Source of the DNA: Pseudomonadota bacterium | Lineage (GTDB): Bacteria > Desulfobacterota > Desulfobulbia > Desulfobulbales > JAGXFP01 | DNA: 64,000 nucleotides | Direction: 5' to 3' | NCBI GenBank assembly: GCA_018823285.1 | Contig: JAHJIQ010000010.1 | Location: forward strand, 15,808 to 79,807 | Shown here: positions 19,692 through 28,775 of the stretch, piece by piece | Numbering within the stretch: the stretch's first letter is position 1 | How the letters are laid out: every line of letters starts with the position of its first letter | Translations under genes and position numbers: made by a program | Notes under the pieces: model-generated | The model's database searches: none | Seen by the model: the letters and a program-made list of their open reading frames with translations, nothing else | What the model was told of the DNA's origin: nothing

Positions 19692-22373
19692 ATGACCAAC
19701 TATGCCGTTGGACAGACAGTCTTACACCCACAGTTTGGTTCCGGGCATATTGAATTCAGTAAGGGCGAAACCGTCATTGTCCGTTTCAAGCACGGTCTTG
19801 AAGAGTGTGTTGTTGATTCTCTACAGACCAAATTAGGCGTTAAGGAAGGCATCGAATCCGGGCAGCTTGCACCCGCTCAGGAAAGCATTTGCCGCGTTCT
19901 GGCAGAATCAATTGTTTCGGTGAATGATAATTGGGGGGTGTTTTCTAAATCCAGGATCGCCCTTTTGCCTCATCAGCTCTGGGTGTGCCATCGTGTTCTA
20001 CGTCAATGGCCAGCCCATTTCCTGGTTGCCGATGATGTCGGGTTAGGAAAAACCATCGAAGCGGGCCTGATCCTCTGGCCGCTGCTTTCGAAAAATCTGG
20101 TCAAGCGGCTCTTGGTTATCTGCCCTGCATCACTCGTTGAACAATGGCAATACCGGCTGCGTGACATGTTTGATATCCGCCTTGCCAGGTACTTGCCGGA
20201 AGCGGATACACCGCGTGCTGATTTTTGGAATACCCATAACCAGGTTGTCGCTTCCATGCAGACCCTCCGGGATGACCGTAATGATCGTCATCAACGCATC
20301 TTTGAGGCGGAACCATGGGATCTCCTCATTGTTGATGAGGCCCATCACCTCAACGCAGATAAAGATAAAGGAGGCACCTTGGGATATAAGCTGGTTGAAG
20401 GACTTGTCCGAGAAAACCTCACTCGGTCAAGAATCTTTTTTACCGGTACACCTCATCGAGGCAAAGACTACGGTTTTTTTGCTCTCTTGCGTTTATTGGA
20501 ACCTGACCAGTTCTCTCCTAACAGGCCCATCGAAGAACAACTTCCATATCTTCGCAACGTGATTATTCGCAACAATAAGCAGAATGTCACCGACATGGAG
20601 GGCAACAAAATTTTTAAACCGATCAGTGTTTCTTCAGAAACTTATTCCTACACCGAGGAAGAGGCCGCATTTTATAACCTGCTGACCGAGTTTATTGCTT
20701 CAGGAAGGGCATATGCCTCGAACCTTTCGAGCACCAATCAAAATGCTGTAATGCTGGTTTTGATCTCGATGCAGAAACTGGCTTCCAGCTCCATAGCTGC
20801 AATTAGAAAGGCCTTGATTGGCAGACTCTTCAGGCTCAGACAGGCGGGAGACAATCTGCAAGTTGCCAGGGAACGCCAGGATATGATCCGCCAGATTCTC
20901 GACTCCGCCGACGAGGCAAATGTATCGTCGCTTACCGATGAGCTGCAACGTCAGGAAGAGATAATCGCCGAGATTTCATTTTCTTTGCCGTTGATGGAAG
21001 ATGAAATTCCCCAGCTTGAGATCCTGGTTGACCGGGCTGAAGCTGTTACCAGGGAAACCAAAATAGAAAAAATAATAGAAGTGCTTGAAACGCGTTACGC
21101 TGATCGTGCTGTGCTGTTTTTCACTGAGTACAAAGCGACCCAGGCGCTTTTGATGTCGGCGCTCATGAAGAGATTCGGTGATGACTGCGTGACCTTCATC
21201 AATGGTGACCACCGCATAGAAGGCGTGGTCGGATTAGATGGCAATCCGAGAACAATTTCCCTGCAAAGGGCCGATGCTGCCGATCAGTTTAACGAGGGCA
21301 AGGTCCGTTTTCTTGTCTCCACCGAAGCAGCAGGGGAAGGCATTGATCTGCAGGAATCCTGTTATTCTCTCATTCATGTCGACCTGCCGTGGAACCCTAT
21401 GCGCTTGCATCAGAGGGTTGGGAGACTCAACCGTTATGGTCAGAAGATGCCAGTGGAAGTTATTACCCTGCGAAACCCTGCCACGGTTGAATCTCGGATT
21501 TGGGGTAAATTAAATGAAAAAATCGCCAGTATCATGCGTGCCCTAGGTGGAGCTATGGACGAACCGGAGGATTTGCTGCAACTGGTTCTTGGCATGACTT
21601 CTCCCACCCTGTTTACGGAGCTGTTTGCCGCTGGTGCGGCAGTGAGTGAAGATCGTTTGGATAATTGGTTTAATACAAAAACACAAACCTTTGGCGGTAA
21701 AGACGCCATTGATACAGTCAAGGCTTTGATCGGCAATTGTTCCCGCTTTGATTACCAGGATTTGAAAAAGATTCCTCCAAAGGATCTCGAAGATCTGCAG
21801 CCATTCTTTGAGGCCATGCTTTCTCTGAACAAAAGACGGGTGCTGCGCGAGGATTCCGGGTTGGCTTTCAAAACACCGGATGAGTGGCTGAAGAATGCCG
21901 GTATCAGACAACGCTACGAAGGGCTTCTTTTTGAGAGAAATTTAAGGGGTAAAGATGCCGCATTACGGGTTGTTGGAGTTGGACACAAGGTTTTTGATCA
22001 GGCAATATTACAAGCTACTGACTTTGATGCCTGTTTCACCTCTGTTACCGGCTTAACTGAAGCGGTATCAGTATTTAAAATTTATGACAGAATAACTTCC
22101 CAAGACGGTAATATCCGCCAGATTATCGTTGGTGTTGAAGCCGGAAGAGAGGAATTGGTTCAAGATTGGCAGCTCATTGATTTAATGAACAATATTTTAA
22201 AAACCAAGAAACTGGAGGCGGGTAGCCCTGCTGATTACGAGAAGGAAAAGTTGCTTCGCTTTATTACAGAGGCTGAGGCGGTTGTCAAAGCAAAGATGGA
22301 TGAGTTGAACACTCCATTTAATATGCCGGAAATAAAACTTTTAAGTCTGTTCATCCCGGCAGCGGGAAACTAA
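19692..22373 (+). CDS. second SNF2-family helicase with N-terminal UvrD/PcrA-type Tudor-like segment
   Basis: 893 aa, with an AGGAGAG Shine-Dalgarno sequence. Motifs: LVADDVGLGKTIEAG, LIVDEAHHL, FFTGTPHRGKD, STEAAGEGIDLQ...HVDLPWNPMRLHQRVGRLNRYGQ. The N-terminus reads GQTVLHPQFGSGHIEF. Confidence 0.9.
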   Translation: MTNYAVGQTVLHPQFGSGHIEFSKGETVIVRFKHGLEECVVDSLQTKLGVKEGIESGQLAPAQESICRVLAESIVSVNDNWGVFSKSRIALLPHQLWVCHRVLRQWPAHFLVADDVGLGKTIEAGLILWPLLSKNLVKRLLVICPASLVEQWQYRLRDMFDIRLARYLPEADTPRADFWNTHNQVVASMQTLRDDRNDRHQRIFEAEPWDLLIVDEAHHLNADKDKGGTLGYKLVEGLVRENLTRSRIFFTGTPHRGKDYGFFALLRLLEPDQFSPNRPIEEQLPYLRNVIIRNNKQNVTDMEGNKIFKPISVSSETYSYTEEEAAFYNLLTEFIASGRAYASNLSSTNQNAVMLVLISMQKLASSSIAAIRKALIGRLFRLRQAGDNLQVARERQDMIRQILDSADEANVSSLTDELQRQEEIIAEISFSLPLMEDEIPQLEILVDRAEAVTRETKIEKIIEVLETRYADRAVLFFTEYKATQALLMSALMKRFGDDCVTFINGDHRIEGVVGLDGNPRTISLQRADAADQFNEGKVRFLVSTEAAGEGIDLQESCYSLIHVDLPWNPMRLHQRVGRLNRYGQKMPVEVITLRNPATVESRIWGKLNEKIASIMRALGGAMDEPEDLLQLVLGMTSPTLFTELFAAGAAVSEDRLDNWFNTKTQTFGGKDAIDTVKALIGNCSRFDYQDLKKIPPKDLEDLQPFFEAMLSLNKRRVLREDSGLAFKTPDEWLKNAGIRQRYEGLLFERNLRGKDAALRVVGVGHKVFDQAILQATDFDACFTSVTGLTEAVSVFKIYDRITSQDGNIRQIIVGVEAGREELVQDWQLIDLMNNILKTKKLEAGSPADYEKEKLLRFITEAEAVVKAKMDELNTPFNMPEIKLLSLFIPAAGN

Positions 22374-22385
22374 GGATAATAAATA

Positions 22386-25300
22386 ATGATTCCCTCCGTC
22401 CTCTCGCAACATGTTGAACAAGGCATCAAGGATTTTCTGCGTACCACTTTCCCTGTTACCACTCCATTCTTCTCGACAATAATTGAACGGCTCTTAACCG
22501 AACATGGCAGTGTCTTCAAGGGGCCATATCTCGATATCCAGTTACCCTTTCAGCAGGGCAAGGGAGGGACCAATTATTTCCCAGACTTGCCAATGCAGAA
22601 TCCTCCATATCTCCATCAGGAGCGGTCTTTTGATAGACTGTCCGGGCCAAATCCGCAGGCAACAATAGTCGCAACCGGAACCGGTTCTGGAAAGACCGAG
22701 TGTTTTCTCTATCCCATCCTTGATTATTGTTACAAGCACCGGGGGGAACCCGGTATCAAGGCGATTCTCATCTACCCCATGAATGCACTGGCCACAGATC
22801 AGGCAGGAAGACTCGCCAAGCTTATCCATAACAGTAAATTGAAGGGCCATGTTTCTGCGGGAATATATGTGGGACAGAGTGAAAAAGAACCGGCCATGCT
22901 TATGACTGAAGATCGGCTGATTTCTGATAAAAGCACCTTGAGGTTATCACCACCTGATATTTTGCTGACCAACTACAAGATGCTGGACTACCTCCTCATC
23001 CGCCCTGAGGATCGTCAGTTATGGCTGCAAAACAGTTCGGAAACTTTGCGGTTTCTTGTCGTTGATGAACTGCATACCTTTGATGGCGCACAAGGCTCTG
23101 ATCTTGGTTGTTTGATCCGCAGGCTGAAAGCCAGACTGGCGATTGAACCGGAATATCTCTGTGGTGTAGGGACATCAGCCACCCTTGGTAGTGATGAAGA
23201 ACAGAAAGAATTGCTTGAGTATGCATCCTCTGTGTTTGGAGAGACTTTTGGTCCGAGTGCGATTATCTCCGAAACCCGCTTGAGTGCCGGAGAGTTTTTA
23301 GGAGACAGTCTTGTTTCCCAAGTGGATATTGTTCCTCCTGAAAGAGCACTTGAGCTCGATCCCGGACAATACAACAGATATGAAGAATACATTAAGGCAC
23401 AACATCGACTCTGGTTTGATGAAGACATTGAAGGGGCATTCGATGAATCAGGATGGCGTTTTGACATCGGTGCTAAACTGAAAGAACATCTCTTTTTCCA
23501 GAACCTGCTTAAAGTTCTCGGGGGAACGATTTACGGCTTTGACAATATTCTTGTCAAACTGGAGAAGGTGACCAGGAGTCTGAAAAACACAGATAGCCAT
23601 TACAAGGTGAGCATGCTGAACAGCCTGTTGTCCCTGGTGTCTGAAGCCAGGGTAGAGGTTGTTTCAAAGAATGATGACGGTAGCGAGAAGTCAGTAGTCC
23701 GACCTTTCCTTAATGTCCGGGTTCAGCTGTGGATGCGTGAGTTGCGGAGAATGGTGGCCAGTGTCGCTAATGATCCTGTTTTACGCTTTGCTGACGATCT
23801 GAACGAAGAGCAGCTCAAAAACCATCTTCCTTTGGTTCATTGCCGGGATTGTGGCACCATGGGCTGGTCTGGCCTGAAGCGGATGACGAGTTCAGAGATC
23901 AGGGGAGATCTGCAGGACTATTACCATGGCTTTTTCAGCCATGACCCCCAGATTGTTTATCTCTTTCCGGACGATAACCAGCCTAAGGTCCAGTTAGATA
24001 ATCTGCGGGGGGAAGGAGCAGATCCGTTCAGGAAGGTTGGGATGCGCTATCTGTGTACTCGGTGCCTTAATGTGACGGCTCAGGAGAATCCGATACATTG
24101 CCCGGCTTGCGAGCATGATGAGCTGATCCTGGTTCATATGCCCGATGTGAGGATACAAAGGGGTAACCGTCAGGTGAGTCATAATGACTGCCCCTATTGT
24201 AGTGCCCCGAACAGTCTTACTCTGGTCGGTTCTCGGGCTGCGAGCCTGACATCGGTCATGATCGTCCAGCTTTACTCTTCCCCGTACAACGACGACAAGA
24301 AGCTCCTCACCTTCTCGGATAATGTTCAGGATGCAGCTCACCGGGCAGGATTTTTTAACGGAAGAACGTATAGGTTTAATTTCAGGACCGCTCTCCAGAA
24401 GGTCATATTGGAAACCGGCGATGGCAAGACCCTGGCGGAACTTCCTGGCGTCTTTACTGATTACTGGACCCGAAAGGTCGATCAGAACCGCTACATTGCC
24501 ACCTTCCTGGCCCCCAACATGGAGTGGTTGAGTGACTACGAACAGCTGAAGGCGCAAGGATCTCTGCAAAAGGACTCTTCCCTCCTGCAGAATGTCAACA
24601 ATCGGATCGGTTGGGAAATTATCAGTGAGTACGGCTTCCAGACAAGAATTGGGCGAACCCTGGAGAAAACAGGTTCTTCGGTTGTTTACCTTGATCATGG
24701 CAAGTTGCGAACGGCAACCGAACTGATGCTTGAACCCATTCGTAATGAGATCGGCACATTCAGAGAGCTTGAAGAGGAGCAACTCATAAAGTTTCTGCTT
24801 GGCTTTATGGTCCACCTGAAGAACCAGGGTGGCATATACCAATCGCATTTATCATCTTTCATTGAATCTCTTGGGATCTCTTTTCTGTTAAACAGAAAAA
24901 TATGGATGCCAAATTTTGGCCAGTATTCACGCACGCCGTCCTTTCTTACTACCAAAAAGGGCAGCCGCTTCGATCAGCTTTACAGTGCTTCGCCGACACA
25001 TCGGACTTGGTATCAGGCTTGGGCAGAAAAATGCTTCTTTGCCCTTTCGCCGTTTGTGCTTGCATCATCAAACGAACTTTATGAGCAGGTTCTGAAGGTG
25101 CTTATTGCCACGGGAATCCTTGAAGAAAAGGATGCAAAAGGGGAAAGGGTCTGGGGGATTAATCCTGAAGCCTTGCGGATATCAGCCAGGGTCAAGCAGC
25201 TACGATGTAGAGACTGTGGCCACAATATTTCTGTAGCGGAAGAAGAGAGCGAGTTTTTTCAAGAGGCCCGGTGTCAGCGCTTCCATTGTTACGGCAAATA

Positions 25301-28300
25301 TGAACCCCATGAGACTGGGCCAGACTATTACGGCAAGCTATATGCGACCGGTGACGTTGAAAGGATTTTTGCCAGGGAACACACAGGGCTTCTCAAGAGA
25401 GATGAAAGGGAGAACCTTGAGCAGGAGTTTAAGGCTTCTGATGATAATCGGCAACCATGGTATCCGAATTTATTGTCCTGTACTCCGACTTTGGAAATGG
25501 GGATAGATATCGGCAATCTTTCTTCTCTGGTTCTTTGCTCCGTACCGCCTGGGCAGGCAAATTATCTGCAGCGGATTGGCAGAGCAGGACGTCGAGATGG
25601 TAATGCACTTAGTTTGACTGTTGCCAATGCACGACCCCATGATCTGTATTTTTTTGCTGAGCCTGAAGTGATGATGGCCGGACATATCGAGACCCCTGGA
25701 ATCTTTTTGAACGCCTCGGCGGTTTTGGAAAGACAGTTCACGGCCTATTGTTTTGATCGCTGGATTGCCGGAGATCCTAAGGCTGAGATACCCAAGAAGC
25801 TTGGACAGGTAATGAACAATCTGGAACCTGTTGACCCACATAAATTCCCCCACAATTTTATTTATTATATTGAAACCAAACAGGCTGATCTTCTTGACCG
25901 ATTTATAGAACTATTCAATCACGGCGGGTCGGCATTGAGTTCTGAGTCTGAGAGCAATTTACGAATCTTTGTTGAGGGTGGAAGCGGAGAGTTGTTTCTG
26001 CGCGGACGGATAATGAACGGGCTTCATAACCGCAAGCAGGAAAGGGATTCTCTTCGGAGAAAGGTCCAGACGCTCAACTCGAAGATCAGAACCAAGAAGA
26101 AAGGTCCAAAAGATCAGAATTTTGAAAATGAACTCAGAGAGTTGAGCATTGAAAAATCGGCCTTGCAGTCGCTATCGAATAGTTTTAGCGAGCGCGATAC
26201 TTTTAACTTTTTCACCGATGAAGGGTTGCTCCCAAACTATGCTTTTCCAGAAGCCGGGGTCGTGTTGAACTCCCTTATATACCGGAAAAAGGTCCAGGTT
26301 CAGGAGGGAGAGGGGAGTTATGATACATGGAGCTATGAATACGAAAGACCGGCAAGGAGCGCTATTGAAGAATTGGCTCCTGCCAACACCTTTTATGCCG
26401 AGGGACGGAAGGTAAAGGTTGATCAGGTTGATATGGCGGTATCCGAGGTGGAGACCTGGCGATTCTGCAATAATTGCACACACAAGGAGCTTATCGGCAA
26501 AGAAGATGAGAAAGAAGTCTGTCCAAAGTGCGGCAGTGCAATGTGGGGAGATGGTGGTCAGAAACGGATGATGCTCAGGATGCGCCAGGTGTTTGCATCT
26601 ACCTCTGATCGACAGAGCCGGATCAGCGATGATTCTGACGATCGTGATCCTGTTTTTTACAATAAACAGATGTTGCTTGAATTTGACGAAAAACAGGTTG
26701 TAGAGGCGTTTAAGTTGGATGCCGATTTTCCTTTCGGATTTGATTTTCTGTCTAAAGTTGATTTTTGCGAGATCAATTTTGGAGAAAAAACCGAGATTGC
26801 AGAGAAGATATCCATTGCTGGAATCGAGATGCCGAGAAAGGGCTTCGATATCTGTCGTGTATGCGGCAAAGTCCAGGAAGGCAATGACGACCCTGTTCAT
26901 GCTTATACCTGTACAGCCAGGGACCAGGAAAGTGGCAAGAATCTCATCGATTGTCTTTATCTCTACCGGCAGTTTGTCTCTGAAGCGATACGGATACTTT
27001 TGCCGGTAAACATTATCTCCGAGTCGGAGCGGATGCTCCATTCTTTCGTTGCGGCAATTCAGCTGGGATTAAAAAAGAGTTTTCGCGGCAAAATAGATCA
27101 TCTGCAGACTACAATCCATGAAGAACCTCTGCCGGATTCTTCGTTCAAGCGCAAGTATCTGATTCTTTATGACACTGTCCCGGGTGGAACCGGTTATCTC
27201 AAGCAGTTGATGCGCTCAGAACATCAATTGATGGATGTCTTGGAACTTGCCCTTGAATCGTTGAGAGGGTGCAGTTGTAACCAGGAAGAAGGCAAGGACG
27301 GCTGCTACCGTTGCCTGTTTGCTTACCGGAGCAGCTATCATATGCCTGAGACCTCAAGAGATACGGCCATTGAAATGTTGGCTGAGATATTGGGGCACAG
27401 GGATAGACTGGTTAAGACGAACAGTATTCGGGACATATCCCTTAATACATTTATCGAAAGTGAGCTTGAAGCGAGATTCCTGGGGGCGCTGAAGCTCTTC
27501 AGATCGGCTTCTTTGCCGGTTGAGCTGAAGAATGATCTGGTTAATGGCAAACCCGGATATTTCCTCAAGGTAAGTGACAGGTCATACTACATAGAGCCCC
27601 AGGTGGAACTGGCTGAACTTGCAGGGGTGAGTATTGGGTCCAGGGCTGATTTTGTGATCAGACCGGCTCGACTTAATGATCCTATGAAGCCGGTGGCCTT
27701 GTTCCTGGACGGTTATACTTATCATCAGGATCGGATAGGTCTGGATATGGCGCAACGGATGGCAATAGTCCAGAGTGGCAAATGTCATGTCTGGTCATTG
27801 TCCTGGCATGATGTTGAAAACAAATTCAAGTCTAAGAGCAATTTCTATGATGATTTCATGGATACTGGAAGTTTGCCGGGAGGGGGTAAGTTCCAAAGCT
27901 TGATTGATGGATACAAACTAACCGGAGTAAAGAAACTGATCAAGATGAACAGTTTTGATCTCTTGATCAAGTTTCTGGAGTCACCCGATGAGGAAAAATG
28001 GCAGAAATTGATGTTCGTTTTTTCTCTCCTTCATCTGGATCACAACCGATTCGCCAGTGATGAGTCCGTTGGTGGTCTACTGAAGGATTTAGATGAAATA
28101 CTCCCCGAAGATATTGCCGAGAAGGTCAAAAAAGCAGATGGCCCTTGTTTGTATGGGGCATTTCAACCATCTAATTATGATGGTTATCAGGGTATGAAAC
28201 AATATGTTGTTGTTGAGAGGGCAGCGGTCGCTCCTCCTGGAATGCTCTCTGGAGTTAAAGTGGGGTGTTGTCTTGAAGATGGTGAAAAAAATAAAGCCAA

Positions 28301-28775
28301 ACCAGGGTTCCAAGCAGCATGGAACGGTTTTCTGAGACTATTCAATTTTTATCAGTTTCTGCCATGTTCCTATTTTGTGACTACATCCGGGGTTAAGAGT
28401 AAGGTTTATGAAGGGTTAAAGCTGTACGAAGAAGGCACTCCTGTAGTTGTGCCGGCATCGAGCGGTCCTGGAGAAGAAGTGTGGAATGAGGTTAAGGAGC
28501 TAACAGATGAAACGTTACATGGTTTGATTAGTTACTTGAAGGAAAATGGCTGGCCTGTGCCAGAGGCAGGATATGAGCTAGTTGGGTCTGGCGGAGTAAT
28601 TACAGCCACCGCAGAAATAGCTTGGGAAGATCTCAAGTTGGTTTTACTTGCCGATGATGAGCTTGAATATGGAGAACAATTTGCCTTGGTTGGCTGGAAA
28701 ACTTTGTCATTAGATGAAGTAAAGAATGATCCAGAGAACTATATGGTTTTGAAAGATTTTCAGGGGGAACAGTAA
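22386..28775 (+). CDS. DExH helicase fused to DUF1998/MrfA-type Zn-binding domain and a C-terminal Vsr/DUF559-like endonuclease fold (DrmA+DrmB / DruE-like)
   Basis: 2129 aa. Motif I ATGTGSGKTECF, motif II LVVDELHTFDG, motif III GTSATL, motifs V-VI TLEMGIDIGNL...QRIGRAGRRDG. Cys clusters: CNNCTH..CPKCGS, CRVCGK, CSC..GCYRCL. The C-terminal part reads ESELEARFLGAL...ADFVIRP...LFLDGYTYH...WSLSWHDV. Confidence 0.85.
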   Translation: MIPSVLSQHVEQGIKDFLRTTFPVTTPFFSTIIERLLTEHGSVFKGPYLDIQLPFQQGKGGTNYFPDLPMQNPPYLHQERSFDRLSGPNPQATIVATGTGSGKTECFLYPILDYCYKHRGEPGIKAILIYPMNALATDQAGRLAKLIHNSKLKGHVSAGIYVGQSEKEPAMLMTEDRLISDKSTLRLSPPDILLTNYKMLDYLLIRPEDRQLWLQNSSETLRFLVVDELHTFDGAQGSDLGCLIRRLKARLAIEPEYLCGVGTSATLGSDEEQKELLEYASSVFGETFGPSAIISETRLSAGEFLGDSLVSQVDIVPPERALELDPGQYNRYEEYIKAQHRLWFDEDIEGAFDESGWRFDIGAKLKEHLFFQNLLKVLGGTIYGFDNILVKLEKVTRSLKNTDSHYKVSMLNSLLSLVSEARVEVVSKNDDGSEKSVVRPFLNVRVQLWMRELRRMVASVANDPVLRFADDLNEEQLKNHLPLVHCRDCGTMGWSGLKRMTSSEIRGDLQDYYHGFFSHDPQIVYLFPDDNQPKVQLDNLRGEGADPFRKVGMRYLCTRCLNVTAQENPIHCPACEHDELILVHMPDVRIQRGNRQVSHNDCPYCSAPNSLTLVGSRAASLTSVMIVQLYSSPYNDDKKLLTFSDNVQDAAHRAGFFNGRTYRFNFRTALQKVILETGDGKTLAELPGVFTDYWTRKVDQNRYIATFLAPNMEWLSDYEQLKAQGSLQKDSSLLQNVNNRIGWEIISEYGFQTRIGRTLEKTGSSVVYLDHGKLRTATELMLEPIRNEIGTFRELEEEQLIKFLLGFMVHLKNQGGIYQSHLSSFIESLGISFLLNRKIWMPNFGQYSRTPSFLTTKKGSRFDQLYSASPTHRTWYQAWAEKCFFALSPFVLASSNELYEQVLKVLIATGILEEKDAKGERVWGINPEALRISARVKQLRCRDCGHNISVAEEESEFFQEARCQRFHCYGKYEPHETGPDYYGKLYATGDVERIFAREHTGLLKRDERENLEQEFKASDDNRQPWYPNLLSCTPTLEMGIDIGNLSSLVLCSVPPGQANYLQRIGRAGRRDGNALSLTVANARPHDLYFFAEPEVMMAGHIETPGIFLNASAVLERQFTAYCFDRWIAGDPKAEIPKKLGQVMNNLEPVDPHKFPHNFIYYIETKQADLLDRFIELFNHGGSALSSESESNLRIFVEGGSGELFLRGRIMNGLHNRKQERDSLRRKVQTLNSKIRTKKKGPKDQNFENELRELSIEKSALQSLSNSFSERDTFNFFTDEGLLPNYAFPEAGVVLNSLIYRKKVQVQEGEGSYDTWSYEYERPARSAIEELAPANTFYAEGRKVKVDQVDMAVSEVETWRFCNNCTHKELIGKEDEKEVCPKCGSAMWGDGGQKRMMLRMRQVFASTSDRQSRISDDSDDRDPVFYNKQMLLEFDEKQVVEAFKLDADFPFGFDFLSKVDFCEINFGEKTEIAEKISIAGIEMPRKGFDICRVCGKVQEGNDDPVHAYTCTARDQESGKNLIDCLYLYRQFVSEAIRILLPVNIISESERMLHSFVAAIQLGLKKSFRGKIDHLQTTIHEEPLPDSSFKRKYLILYDTVPGGTGYLKQLMRSEHQLMDVLELALESLRGCSCNQEEGKDGCYRCLFAYRSSYHMPETSRDTAIEMLAEILGHRDRLVKTNSIRDISLNTFIESELEARFLGALKLFRSASLPVELKNDLVNGKPGYFLKVSDRSYYIEPQVELAELAGVSIGSRADFVIRPARLNDPMKPVALFLDGYTYHQDRIGLDMAQRMAIVQSGKCHVWSLSWHDVENKFKSKSNFYDDFMDTGSLPGGGKFQSLIDGYKLTGVKKLIKMNSFDLLIKFLESPDEEKWQKLMFVFSLLHLDHNRFASDESVGGLLKDLDEILPEDIAEKVKKADGPCLYGAFQPSNYDGYQGMKQYVVVERAAVAPPGMLSGVKVGCCLEDGEKNKAKPGFQAAWNGFLRLFNFYQFLPCSYFVTTSGVKSKVYEGLKLYEEGTPVVVPASSGPGEEVWNEVKELTDETLHGLISYLKENGWPVPEAGYELVGSGGVITATAEIAWEDLKLVLLADDELEYGEQFALVGWKTLSLDEVKNDPENYMVLKDFQGEQ

